From IMG/VR virus record IMGVR_UViG_3300044641_006190, positions 1,465-65,464 of that record: a stretch of DNA of 64,000 nucleotides. One strand, 5' to 3'. The DNA comes from a virus. Lineage: Duplodnaviria > Caudoviricetes. The position numbers were made by a program, and so were the translations under genes. The notes under the pieces are model-generated. The model was not told the DNA's origin and ran no database searches. It was given only the letters and a program-made list of their open reading frames with translations. This document shows, one piece after another, positions 17,621-25,722 of the stretch (its first letter is position 1; every line of letters starts with the position of its first letter).

Positions 17621-18502
17621 ATGAACCACCCCGACAATCTCCAGCAAATCGCAGACGACGCTTTCCTTGCGCTTCCAAAAGGAATTGGCTCTCTCGAATC
17701 AGACCCATCTGATTACCCTTATTGGGACAATGAAGCCCCTCACAGGCTGGCGATTGCCAAGCATATTCTGGATGCTGTTGGCAAGAAGTCTGAGTCCACA
17801 CCAAAGAATGAGTTCAAACTTCCAACTCCGCCACCGGGCATGAAGTGGCACCGTGAAGATGGATGGACTGAGGATATGCTTCCGCAGGGGCGGAGGCCGT
17901 TGATCTTGGAGGAAAAAATCATCTACGGGGTGGACGAGTATTCTTACCGCACTAACACCTGCGGGATATTTTGGTACACCCCCCGCCCTCTCACCTTCAC
18001 TCACGAAGGCCACGAATGGACATGGCACCGTCCGGGCGATCCAATGCCGTGCGATGGGGGGCGCGAGGTATGGGTGATCGGAGAAGATCACCGTGTCTGC
18101 CACCACGCTTGCCACCGTCCTTCCAAGGCAAAAACGTGGGCGTGGAAAAATACCACAAAACCCTACATCATCGGATGGCGCTACGCTGATGAGTCTCCAA
18201 AAGAAACCACACCAACCTCCATCTCCGACACCGCCAAGTCCATCGTTGCTGGCGACAGGGCCAAAGACTACGGTGACGCATCAGAGTCGTTTGCCCGCAT
18301 TGCCGCCCTGTGGAGCGCGTGGAAGGGTGTCGAGTTCACCTCTTGGGATGTGGCCATGATGATGATCCTCCTCAAAGTCAGCCGCGCAAAGACCGGCAAG
18401 AAGCAGGACACGCTGATTGACATCATCGGGTATGCGGAATGCGCGGAGAAGGTTGGAGGGAGCGCCTCGGATCAGACACCGCGAACCCAAGACCATGAAT
18501 AA
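17621..18502 (+). CDS. Modular protein with a C-terminal DUF6378-like domain
   Basis: IVAGDRAKDYGDASESFARIAALWS...DVAMMMILLKVSR...DTLIDIIGYA; ends inside attC-A. Confidence 0.75.
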   Translation: MNHPDNLQQIADDAFLALPKGIGSLESDPSDYPYWDNEAPHRLAIAKHILDAVGKKSESTPKNEFKLPTPPPGMKWHREDGWTEDMLPQGRRPLILEEKIIYGVDEYSYRTNTCGIFWYTPRPLTFTHEGHEWTWHRPGDPMPCDGGREVWVIGEDHRVCHHACHRPSKAKTWAWKNTTKPYIIGWRYADESPKETTPTSISDTAKSIVAGDRAKDYGDASESFARIAALWSAWKGVEFTSWDVAMMMILLKVSRAKTGKKQDTLIDIIGYAECAEKVGGSASDQTPRTQDHE

Positions 18503-18550
18503 CACGACCAGCGCACCAGAGCGGTTGTCCTGCATCCGATTTGTTCGGCT
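18460..18550 (-). mobile_element. attC-like site A (R' core degenerate, GCT instead of GTT)
   Basis: Minus strand AGCCGAAC-AAATC-GGATGCAGGACAACCGC...GCGGTGTCTGATCC-GAGGC-GCT; imperfect palindrome with extra bases on the R'' arm. Confidence 0.7.
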
Positions 18551-18914
18551 TTCGGTGCTTGATTTCATTGCGGTCATTCGTCGTTCGCGCCAAGACAGCG
18601 AGCGATTCTTTATGCGCGGCGGGTGCTGGGAAATGTTCTGCCTTCTGCGTAATGTCTGGCCAGAGGCTCAACCTTACCACTCATGGACTGACGACGTGAC
18701 TCTTGGTGTTGGGCAACATGTGGCGACGAAAATAGGAGATCATCTTTACGATATTCGAGGGCGCATCCGCAGGCCGTCATTGTATCAGCCCATGACGCTG
18801 ACATCGTGGCCGTCACTGCGTGGCGGTGATCGTCCGCATCGTTGGGCAAAGCACTACCGCAGTGAGCCGAACGCAGAGGTGAGGCACGGCGCGAAGGACG
18901 CCGACCTCGACTAG
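18495..18914 (+). CDS. Cassette 1 hypothetical protein
   Basis: Starts in the attC-A loop and stops in the attC-B loop; GGCW...H...YDIRG motif. Confidence 0.65.
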   Translation: MNNTTSAPERLSCIRFVRLSVLDFIAVIRRSRQDSERFFMRGGCWEMFCLLRNVWPEAQPYHSWTDDVTLGVGQHVATKIGDHLYDIRGRIRRPSLYQPMTLTSWPSLRGGDRPHRWAKHYRSEPNAEVRHGAKDADLD

Positions 18915-18952
18915 AGACTTTATCGCCGTTGCCTCGACCGTCTTGTTAGCGG
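18865..18952 (-). mobile_element. attC-like site B
   Basis: Minus strand CCGCTAAC-AAGAC-GGTCGAGGCAACGGCG...CGCCGTGCCTCACC-TCTGC-GTTCGGCT. Confidence 0.85.
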
Positions 18953-18989
18953 TTGGGAGCGGCAGGAAACCACAAGAAAACACCGAAAT

Positions 18990-19352
18990 ATGAAAGACAC
19001 CGAAATCAAAAACGCCGTGATCGAATCGGCAGAAATCACCATGGCAGAGCGCGGCATCTTGGATTGCTGGCTGCATCTCGACTTCGGAGGAATGGGGCAA
19101 GGCTTTGGAGGCTACGCGCTGTATCTGCCAAAATCGTTCAGCCATCACCAAGTCTTGAGCGTGGCTGGACATCACATCTTCCGCATCTTGGAAATCGCTG
19201 GTGTGGAAAAGTGGTCGCAACTGAAAGGACGCACCATCCGAGTGGAAGGATCGTGGTCGGAAATCAAGCGCATCGGCCACATCGTGAAAGATGACTGGTA
19301 TTGCCCCAGCGAGGATTTCAAGGCGGCTCTGGATTCTTCCGCTAACCAATAG
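18990..19352 (+). CDS. Cassette 2 hypothetical protein
   Basis: 120 aa (IKNAVIES...QGFGGYAL...AGVEKWSQLKGRTIR...IGHIVKDDW); stops inside attC-C. Confidence 0.75.
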   Translation: MKDTEIKNAVIESAEITMAERGILDCWLHLDFGGMGQGFGGYALYLPKSFSHHQVLSVAGHHIFRILEIAGVEKWSQLKGRTIRVEGSWSEIKRIGHIVKDDWYCPSEDFKAALDSSANQ

Positions 19353-19392
19353 CTCACCGACGCGAAGCGTTCGGTGCAGCGCAAGTTCTACG
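19339..19392 (-). mobile_element. attC-like site C (54 bp)
   Basis: Minus strand CGTAGAAC-TTGC-GCTGCACCGAACGC-TTC-GCGTCGGTGAGC-TATTG-GTTAGCGG. Confidence 0.8.
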
Positions 19393-19415
19393 CTGCTTAA
19401 TCCCACCCATTTCTC

Positions 19416-19865
19416 ATGAAACTGCTCGCCATTGACCCAGGAAAACACGGAGGTTTCGCTTTTGGCCCCACCGGCTCCATACCACAACTGTTCAACATGT
19501 CGGAAACCCCGCACGACATCTCGGAATGGTTCGAGGTCCACCGGCCGGAACGGCTTTTCATCGAGGAGGTCGGCGGCTATATCGGCGGCATGGGCGCACC
19601 CGGAAGCGCGATGTTCAACTTCGGACGTAACTTCGGGATTCTCCTCGGGGTCGCCGCCGCGTTCAAAGTGCCCACCGTGCTGGTACGTCCGCAGAAGTGG
19701 CAGAAAGCCCTCGGACTTGGAACCTCGACCGGTATGAGCAAAACAGAGTGGAAAAATAAGTTGAAAGCAAAAGCTCAGCAGCTATATCCGTCATTGAAGA
19801 TCACCCTGGACACGTCCGACGCCTGCCTCATCTGGCATGCCGCCGCGTTCAGACAAATCCAATGA
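19416..19865 (+). CDS. RuvC-like Holliday junction resolvase
   Basis: LAIDPGKHGG, FIEEV, SAMFNFG, PQKWQK, DACLI. Confidence 0.85.
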   Translation: MKLLAIDPGKHGGFAFGPTGSIPQLFNMSETPHDISEWFEVHRPERLFIEEVGGYIGGMGAPGSAMFNFGRNFGILLGVAAAFKVPTVLVRPQKWQKALGLGTSTGMSKTEWKNKLKAKAQQLYPSLKITLDTSDACLIWHAAAFRQIQ

Positions 19866-19868
19866 CCT

Positions 19869-20024
19869 ATGTTTTCCACCAGCCCTAAACCCGCACGTTT
19901 CCGCGTCACTTACCGGATTCAGAGCCGCGAATACTGGTTCACGATTCCGGCAATTTCAGCCAGCGCAATCTGGCGTTCGTGGGATCGTCTCGGTTCCACG
20001 CTAGTTGATGTCAGTGAAGTATGA
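19869..20024 (+). CDS. Small hypothetical protein (51 aa)
   Basis: Hand-translated MFSTSPKPARFRVTYRIQSREYWFTIPA...; fills the operon gap. Confidence 0.45.
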   Translation: MFSTSPKPARFRVTYRIQSREYWFTIPAISASAIWRSWDRLGSTLVDVSEV

Positions 20025-20036
20025 CTCGTAAAAGCC

Positions 20037-20231
20037 ATGACCAATAAACAACAACGAATCGCCATGCGCGAGGCGATCCGGGAGGCTGCAAAGGTGCTGT
20101 ATGCTACCGAGTTTAACAGTGGTAGAAACGGTGTGATCTGCCAAGTGTGTTTTGCTCACGTCTCGCAGGGCCATAAAGACGGTTGTGTGTTTGCCGCAGC
20201 CCTCGCCAAGCTCCAACCCTTCCTTCAATGA
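20037..20231 (+). CDS. Small hypothetical protein with CxxC..H..C
   Basis: 64 aa. Confidence 0.55.
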   Translation: MTNKQQRIAMREAIREAAKVLYATEFNSGRNGVICQVCFAHVSQGHKDGCVFAAALAKLQPFLQ

Positions 20232-20249
20232 CCCACGAAGCCCAATACC

Positions 20250-20849
20250 ATGCCCTACATTCTCTCCGATACTCCATCCATCGTCCGCTGCCTCGTCCGC
20301 AGGGAGTTCACCCAGAACCACCTGACCGGAAAAGGCCGGTATCTCAAAGCCCACATCCTCGGCGTTCGCTGCCAGGAAGCGGCGAGCCTCCAGTTCCAGG
20401 TTCGCTTCGAGGATCCCGACTGCGCGGGGGCCATGTTCTGCCTGCCGATCCAAGCCCTGTGCTGGAAGGAGTGTGCGATACCCGATGCGGAGCTGATCCA
20501 GCCTTGGGATACGTTCAGCAGCCACTTCACCGTGCATGAGTTCGGCCTGTGGAAACGCGGCAACGCTCAACTGCTCAACGTGCGCAAGATCAAAGGCCAC
20601 CCAGCCCGGCTGGACGCCCGATACTTGTTCACCATCGACTTCGAGGGCAACGCTTTGTCGGATTGCCCGCAACAACATAAGCAGTTGCATCTTTTACAGG
20701 TTGATGCCGGGTGGTTTGCCGCCGTGCCGAACAACCGAGTGTTGAGCGTGGACACGGCATTTGAGAAGCCTTGCGAACAGCTCCCGCGCTTCGAGTCCCT
20801 TGAACATCTTTACACGGCTGAATGCCGGATTGGAGAACCCACACCATGA
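20250..20849 (+). CDS. Hypothetical phage protein
   Basis: 199 aa globular ORF, coupled to the next gene. Confidence 0.75.
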   Translation: MPYILSDTPSIVRCLVRREFTQNHLTGKGRYLKAHILGVRCQEAASLQFQVRFEDPDCAGAMFCLPIQALCWKECAIPDAELIQPWDTFSSHFTVHEFGLWKRGNAQLLNVRKIKGHPARLDARYLFTIDFEGNALSDCPQQHKQLHLLQVDAGWFAAVPNNRVLSVDTAFEKPCEQLPRFESLEHLYTAECRIGEPTP

Positions 20850-21013
20850 GCAAAGCACTAGCAGACATCCCCGAAGAAGAACGCCGCATGAAAATCCGCC
20901 GAGCCCTGTCCATGCACAAGGACGGCTGGTCAAAGCACACCATCGAACGCCGACTCAGAACCCAGTGGAGTTCGATCATGAAATGCGGCAAGGAACTTGG
21001 ACTCATCAAATGA
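20846..21013 (+). CDS. Small hypothetical protein
   Basis: 55 aa, ATGA-coupled on both sides. Confidence 0.55.
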   Translation: MSKALADIPEEERRMKIRRALSMHKDGWSKHTIERRLRTQWSSIMKCGKELGLIK

Positions 21014-22263
21014 CACCCCGCCCCTACCAGATCGAAGCGGCGTCACGGCACGCGGCCAACTTGAAGCGCTTTGGTGTGACGGTTGACGGCTCCGACACTG
21101 GAACAGGCAAGACCTTTGTGGCCGCGCTGACCGCCAAGAGTCTTGGCTGGCCGGTTGCCGTTGTCTGCCCGAAGTCCGTGATCCCTTCCTGGAAGGAGAC
21201 GCTGGCAGTCATGGGCATCACGCCGCTGTTCGTGGAGAACCTGGAACGCATTCGTTGGGATCAGAAGCACGCCCGCAGGACCAAAAAGGGATGGGAGTGG
21301 AATCTCCCTTGCCGGTGCCTGCTGATCTTTGACGAGGCGCACCGTTGCACCGGCTCGGACAGCCAGAACGCGATGCTGCTCATGTCCGCACCAAAACCGG
21401 TCATGATCGTCTCGGCCACGCTGGCGGACTCTCCGCTCAAAATGCGGGCGGTCGGCCACCAGCTTGGCATCGTGCATTGGGACGAATGGTATCGCTGGTG
21501 CTTCGCCCAGGGCTGCCAGAAGAACCTGCCTTTCCAAGGCCTCAAGTTCACGGGCGGAGAGGGTGTCCTGCTCAACCTGCACCAGAAAGTATTCGGGGAG
21601 AAAGGCGTCCGCATCCGGGTGGCCGATCTCGGTGATGCGTTCCCGGAGAACCAGGTGGTGACCGTAGCCGTGCCCGTGGACGAGACCGACGCCCTCGACC
21701 AGGAATACTACTCCGCGCTGGAGGCGCTGGAGCAGGATGCCAAATCGGCCGGGGAGATGCTCCTGCGTGCCCGCCAGAAGTCCGAGCATTTGAAGCTCCC
21801 GGCGGTCATCGAGATGATTGACGACGCCATGGACCAAGGAGCCAGCGTCGCCGTGTTCATGAACTTCACCGACACGCTTGACCGTCTGCGGCAGGCGTTC
21901 CCGGACGCTGGCACCATTCATGGCGGCCAGACGGCGGACGAGCGTGAGGAGGCGATCAGGAAGTTCCAGTCCAATGAAAGCCGGGTGATTCTCGCCATGG
22001 TTCAGGCCGGAGGAGTCGGCGTCTCGCTGCACGACCTGCATGGCGGGCATCCGCGTGTCTCCCTGATCTTCCCCACATGGAGCGCCGTGGAGATGCGCCA
22101 GGCTCTTGGCCGCATCCATCGCAACGGCGGGAAAACTCCCTGCCTCCAGAAAATTCTCTTCGCCGCCGACACGGTGGAGGAGCGCGTCCGCAGAAAAGTT
22201 GACAAAAAACTGGACAACATTGACCTCATTAACGATGGGGATATGACGCTTACTGAACTATGA
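21010..22263 (+). CDS. SF2 helicase
   Basis: PRPYQ, DTGTGKT, FDEAH, SAT, GGVGVSL, QALGRIHR. Confidence 0.9.
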   Translation: MTPRPYQIEAASRHAANLKRFGVTVDGSDTGTGKTFVAALTAKSLGWPVAVVCPKSVIPSWKETLAVMGITPLFVENLERIRWDQKHARRTKKGWEWNLPCRCLLIFDEAHRCTGSDSQNAMLLMSAPKPVMIVSATLADSPLKMRAVGHQLGIVHWDEWYRWCFAQGCQKNLPFQGLKFTGGEGVLLNLHQKVFGEKGVRIRVADLGDAFPENQVVTVAVPVDETDALDQEYYSALEALEQDAKSAGEMLLRARQKSEHLKLPAVIEMIDDAMDQGASVAVFMNFTDTLDRLRQAFPDAGTIHGGQTADEREEAIRKFQSNESRVILAMVQAGGVGVSLHDLHGGHPRVSLIFPTWSAVEMRQALGRIHRNGGKTPCLQKILFAADTVEERVRRKVDKKLDNIDLINDGDMTLTEL

Positions 22264-23396
22264 CAAACAGCAATCAGCCCCACTCCGGACGTGCGCACGC
22301 CAAGCGCAGCCCGTCTTCCCTCGGCAACTACGCCGTCTGCCCTCATTACCTGCCTGACAACGACCGTCCGCTGCATCCGGTGACGGTTGAGGGCACCGCC
22401 ATCCACGAGGCCATCGAGAAGCGAGACCTCGGCGGGCTTTCTCCTGACGCCAGGCAGATCGCGCAGACCGGCATCCGATACTGGGACGGCCTTCTGGCCA
22501 CCCGTAAAAACTGGCGTCAGTATGTGGAAATCCGCATCGACATTCCCCACATGGGCTTCGGTCACGCCGACCTTGTCATGCTTTCTCCTGACGAGACACA
22601 GGGAGTTTTGGTGGACTGGAAGACCGGATACAACGCACAGGCCGCGGTGGAGAACAACATCCAGCAACGTGCTTACGCATCCGGGCTTTTCCGCCGGTTC
22701 CCCAAGCTCCGGGCGCTGGAAATCCACGTCGTCTATGTGCGCCTGCTGGAGGCCGACATCAATTTGGTGACCCTGGAAGACTGCCCGCAGATCGAGCTGG
22801 AGCTTATTGCCATCGACCGAAGGGCCGAGGAGGCGGAGCAGAACGCGATTTCCGCCCACAACCCCGACCCTGCCGTCTGCACCTACTGCGTCAAAGCAGG
22901 TGTCTGCCCTGCGCTCAACAAGCTCGCCCTGCCGGTGGCCGAAGCCTATGCCAAGGCCCGCCCCGAGGCGCTGACCGTGCCGGAGGCTTACGATCCGGCG
23001 TTGATCACCGACCCGGCCGTCATGGCCAAGGCTCTGGTCGTGGCCGACATCATGGAGCGCTGGTCGGAGAGCGTCCGCAAACACGCGGTTGATCTGCGCC
23101 TTGATTCCGGCGTTGAGATTCCAGGCTACACCCTGGTCAACCGCAAAGGCAGCACTTCCGTTATCGACCCGCAGCTTGTTTACTCCTTGGCACAGGAAGC
23201 CGGACTCGATCACGCGGCCATCATGGGGTCAGTGAACATGTCGGTGCCCAAGCTGCTGGATGCCATCCGCGATACCGCCCCCAAAGGGCAGAAGAAGCAC
23301 GTTGCGCAGGAGTTCGAGGACACGCTCCGGGATTCCGGGGCTGTGATGATCGCGCAGGATACCTACCATCTCCGTAAATCGAGGGCCGCGTCATGA
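22260..23396 (+). CDS. Cas4-like PD-(D/E)XK exonuclease (DUF2800-like)
   Basis: C...EGTAIH...E...GHAD...VDWKTG...QQRAY...CTYC...CP. Confidence 0.8.
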   Translation: MTNSNQPHSGRAHAKRSPSSLGNYAVCPHYLPDNDRPLHPVTVEGTAIHEAIEKRDLGGLSPDARQIAQTGIRYWDGLLATRKNWRQYVEIRIDIPHMGFGHADLVMLSPDETQGVLVDWKTGYNAQAAVENNIQQRAYASGLFRRFPKLRALEIHVVYVRLLEADINLVTLEDCPQIELELIAIDRRAEEAEQNAISAHNPDPAVCTYCVKAGVCPALNKLALPVAEAYAKARPEALTVPEAYDPALITDPAVMAKALVVADIMERWSESVRKHAVDLRLDSGVEIPGYTLVNRKGSTSVIDPQLVYSLAQEAGLDHAAIMGSVNMSVPKLLDAIRDTAPKGQKKHVAQEFEDTLRDSGAVMIAQDTYHLRKSRAAS

Positions 23397-23593
23397 AGAA
23401 CGTTCGTCTCACCCCCAACAGAAAAGCATTCCTGGCCATGCTTGACCTGTTTTGTGCCGTCACCGAAACCCGCCTCCTGCCTGCGGTAAACTCTCCGCTG
23501 CATCACACGTTGCGCTGGCTGGTGGACGATGCCGGACACAAATCCCGTCGCCGCAAGACCCGGCTCAAACACCGCAAACCACGCCGCCGATGA
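23393..23593 (+). CDS. Small basic hypothetical protein
   Basis: 66 aa, ATGA-coupled on both sides. Confidence 0.5.
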   Translation: MKNVRLTPNRKAFLAMLDLFCAVTETRLLPAVNSPLHHTLRWLVDDAGHKSRRRKTRLKHRKPRRR

Positions 23594-24108
23594 ACGAACT
23601 GTTTTACCCCCACTCCGAGGAACAGGAGACCTATCCGATCTACGAACTCCCGGGCTTCCTGACCGACGAGGAGATCAAGTTTTTCCGCGACTACATCGAC
23701 CAGGTGAACTTCCGCCAGAAAATTCTCGCGGACTCGAAGATCGCCAAGGTCATCGAGGCCAAAGTACGTCAGCACAATTTCCCGGATGCCGGGACTTTCT
23801 ACGGGTGCTCCAAGGAGATCACCGTCTCCAAGCACGTCGCGCCTTTCCATATCGCCACCCACAAGGACAACCGCAAGGACGAGGGGCGCAAAAAGAACCT
23901 CAAGAAACTCTTCGTCTATCTCGACGAGGACGAGGAAACCCCCGACAGCGGCGGAACCATCTTCCTGGACAAGAACCGGAAGCCGGTGGCCACCATCAAA
24001 CGGGAGCGCGGAAAAGCGTGCTTGTTTGACATCCGGCAGCTCCACAAAGGACAGAAACTTGTCAAAGGCACCAAGTACCTCATTGGCACACGCCTGCTCT
24101 ACTCCTAA
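23590..24108 (+). CDS. 2OG-Fe(II) oxygenase (prolyl-4-hydroxylase-like)
   Basis: FLTDEEI, HKD, VYL, GGTIF, LFD...LHKG...KGTKY. Confidence 0.8.
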   Translation: MNELFYPHSEEQETYPIYELPGFLTDEEIKFFRDYIDQVNFRQKILADSKIAKVIEAKVRQHNFPDAGTFYGCSKEITVSKHVAPFHIATHKDNRKDEGRKKNLKKLFVYLDEDEETPDSGGTIFLDKNRKPVATIKRERGKACLFDIRQLHKGQKLVKGTKYLIGTRLLYS

Positions 24109-24113
24109 TCGCT

Positions 24114-24626
24114 ATGCCCAGACCACTTGCACCCAAAGGCGGCAATGATCGCGTTTATACTCCGCCCGCGCTGGCCAAGGCCATCGTGGACCACTTCAAT
24201 CCCGCGACTTCCGCCTGCGTTCTTGAGCCGTGCGCCGGTCCCATTGGCAAACAGGCATTCGTGGACGCTCTGATCGACTACGACCTTGGTTGGTGCGAAC
24301 TCGATGAAGGGACAGACTTCTTCACAAGAAGTCCAACGTCGTTTCGCTACGACTGGGTTATCACCAACCCGCCGTGGTCCAAGCTCCGGGCCTTCCTCAA
24401 GAAATCCATGGAGTGCTCAAACAACGTCGTGTTCCTCTGCTTGGTGAACGCCTTCTTCATGAAGGCCCGCCTCAAGGACATGGCAGACGCGGGCTTCGGC
24501 ATGAAGGAGATTCTCTTTGTACCAACCCCACCAAAGCCTTGGCCACAGACCGGATTCGCTCTCGGGGCGGTTCATATCCAGCGCGGATACACTGGAAATG
24601 TGACGCTCAGCAAATTGAATGAATAA
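24114..24626 (+). CDS. Amino (N6-adenine-type) DNA methyltransferase
   Basis: VYTPP, LEPCAG, DFF, ITNPPW. Confidence 0.8.
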   Translation: MPRPLAPKGGNDRVYTPPALAKAIVDHFNPATSACVLEPCAGPIGKQAFVDALIDYDLGWCELDEGTDFFTRSPTSFRYDWVITNPPWSKLRAFLKKSMECSNNVVFLCLVNAFFMKARLKDMADAGFGMKEILFVPTPPKPWPQTGFALGAVHIQRGYTGNVTLSKLNE

Positions 24627-24712
24627 AACCACTTGCGCTTCCCTAGCATCTCTTTATCTCACCACTGTTCGCTAACCACGCGACGTTCAACATAACCAAC
24701 ACCCAATACACC

Positions 24713-25384
24713 ATGGCTAAAATTGCTATCAACCCTGCGGCACCTGCCACCTCCCCCTCCTCCCAAGAACTCACTGCTCCGGCTTCCTCGCATGAACTTG
24801 CGGTGGGCATCCCCGGCCAGTTTGAAGGAGAGTTCACCTCCCGTGACTTCGCCATCCCGTCTCTGGTCGTCTGCCAGAAATCCGGCAAGCTCATGGATGA
24901 CAACCCCGCATGGCTCGGCCACTTGATCTACGACAAGTGCCTTGACCTCGGCGCGTCGGCCAAAGCCGTCTTCTTCCGTGTGAAGCGTTACTTCATCGAA
25001 GACCTGCCCTTCGGCAGCGACGGTATTCCCCGCAAGTTCGACACCGTTGCCGAGGCCCGCGAGGCTGGCGTTGACGTGGCGGACATCGCGGAACTCGACT
25101 GCCTCATCCAGGTTCCTGCCGACTTTGACGGCGGTGAGCAGATCGGTGACGCCCACTACGCGCCTGCCCGTTACACGGTTCGCAGCACCGCGTTCCGCGC
25201 CACGGTTCCGATCCTGCGCAAGGATGTGAGCCTCCGTCTCAAGGGCAACCTTGCCGCAGGGGTCTATACCATCTCGGCGGTCAAGAAAACCTACGGGCCG
25301 AACTCCTGGTTTGCTCCGCAGCTCGCGGCAGCCGGAGCCACCCCGGACGTTGTCCTCCAATACATCGCGGAAAAGCTCGCCTGA
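24713..25384 (+). CDS. Probable ssDNA-binding/replication protein
   Basis: 223 aa with strong codon bias, own promoter candidate (TTGCGC-N16-TATCTC, 24633-24660) and terminator; lies between exonuclease and polymerase. Confidence 0.5.
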   Translation: MAKIAINPAAPATSPSSQELTAPASSHELAVGIPGQFEGEFTSRDFAIPSLVVCQKSGKLMDDNPAWLGHLIYDKCLDLGASAKAVFFRVKRYFIEDLPFGSDGIPRKFDTVAEAREAGVDVADIAELDCLIQVPADFDGGEQIGDAHYAPARYTVRSTAFRATVPILRKDVSLRLKGNLAAGVYTISAVKKTYGPNSWFAPQLAAAGATPDVVLQYIAEKLA

Positions 25385-25398
25385 TTCGCATGCCCATT

Positions 25399-25428
25399 GG
25401 CCGCCCTCTTAACCGGGGGCGGCCTTTT
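25399..25428 (+). terminator. Intrinsic terminator
   Basis: ggccgccctc-ttaacc-gggggcggcc-tttt. Confidence 0.7.
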
Positions 25429-25452
25429 CCAACCCATACACCCGACCCACCT

Positions 25453-25722
25453 ATGAAAATCTCCTCCCCCAAGTCCTTCCGCCGACTGCCCCCTCCCATC
25501 GCGGATTTTCCGCGCTCCGGCCGCCCCAAATCTCCGCTTTTGCTGACCCTTGAGGCTCTTGATGTCGGGCGTTACATCGACGTTCACCTCGTCCGTGGCC
25601 AGAAGCCGACACTCAGGACGATCCGTTCCAGCCTTCCGCGCTGGGGCAACCGTCTTGGCAAGACGTTCAGCATCCGCAAGCATGCCGGTGAGGAAAGAGT
25701 CTCAATCTACCGCGTCAAATGA
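25453..25722 (+). CDS. Small putative DNA-binding protein
   Basis: GRP...ALDVG...FSIR...IYRV; resembles 30865-31104. Confidence 0.6.
   Translation: MKISSPKSFRRLPPPIADFPRSGRPKSPLLLTLEALDVGRYIDVHLVRGQKPTLRTIRSSLPRWGNRLGKTFSIRKHAGEERVSIYRVK

Noticed and set aside
18813-19541. Minus-strand ORFs as the true cassette genes
   Set aside because: They read through the attC sites (ANKTVEATA) and lack motifs; the plus-strand ORFs fit the cassette bounds and the operon.
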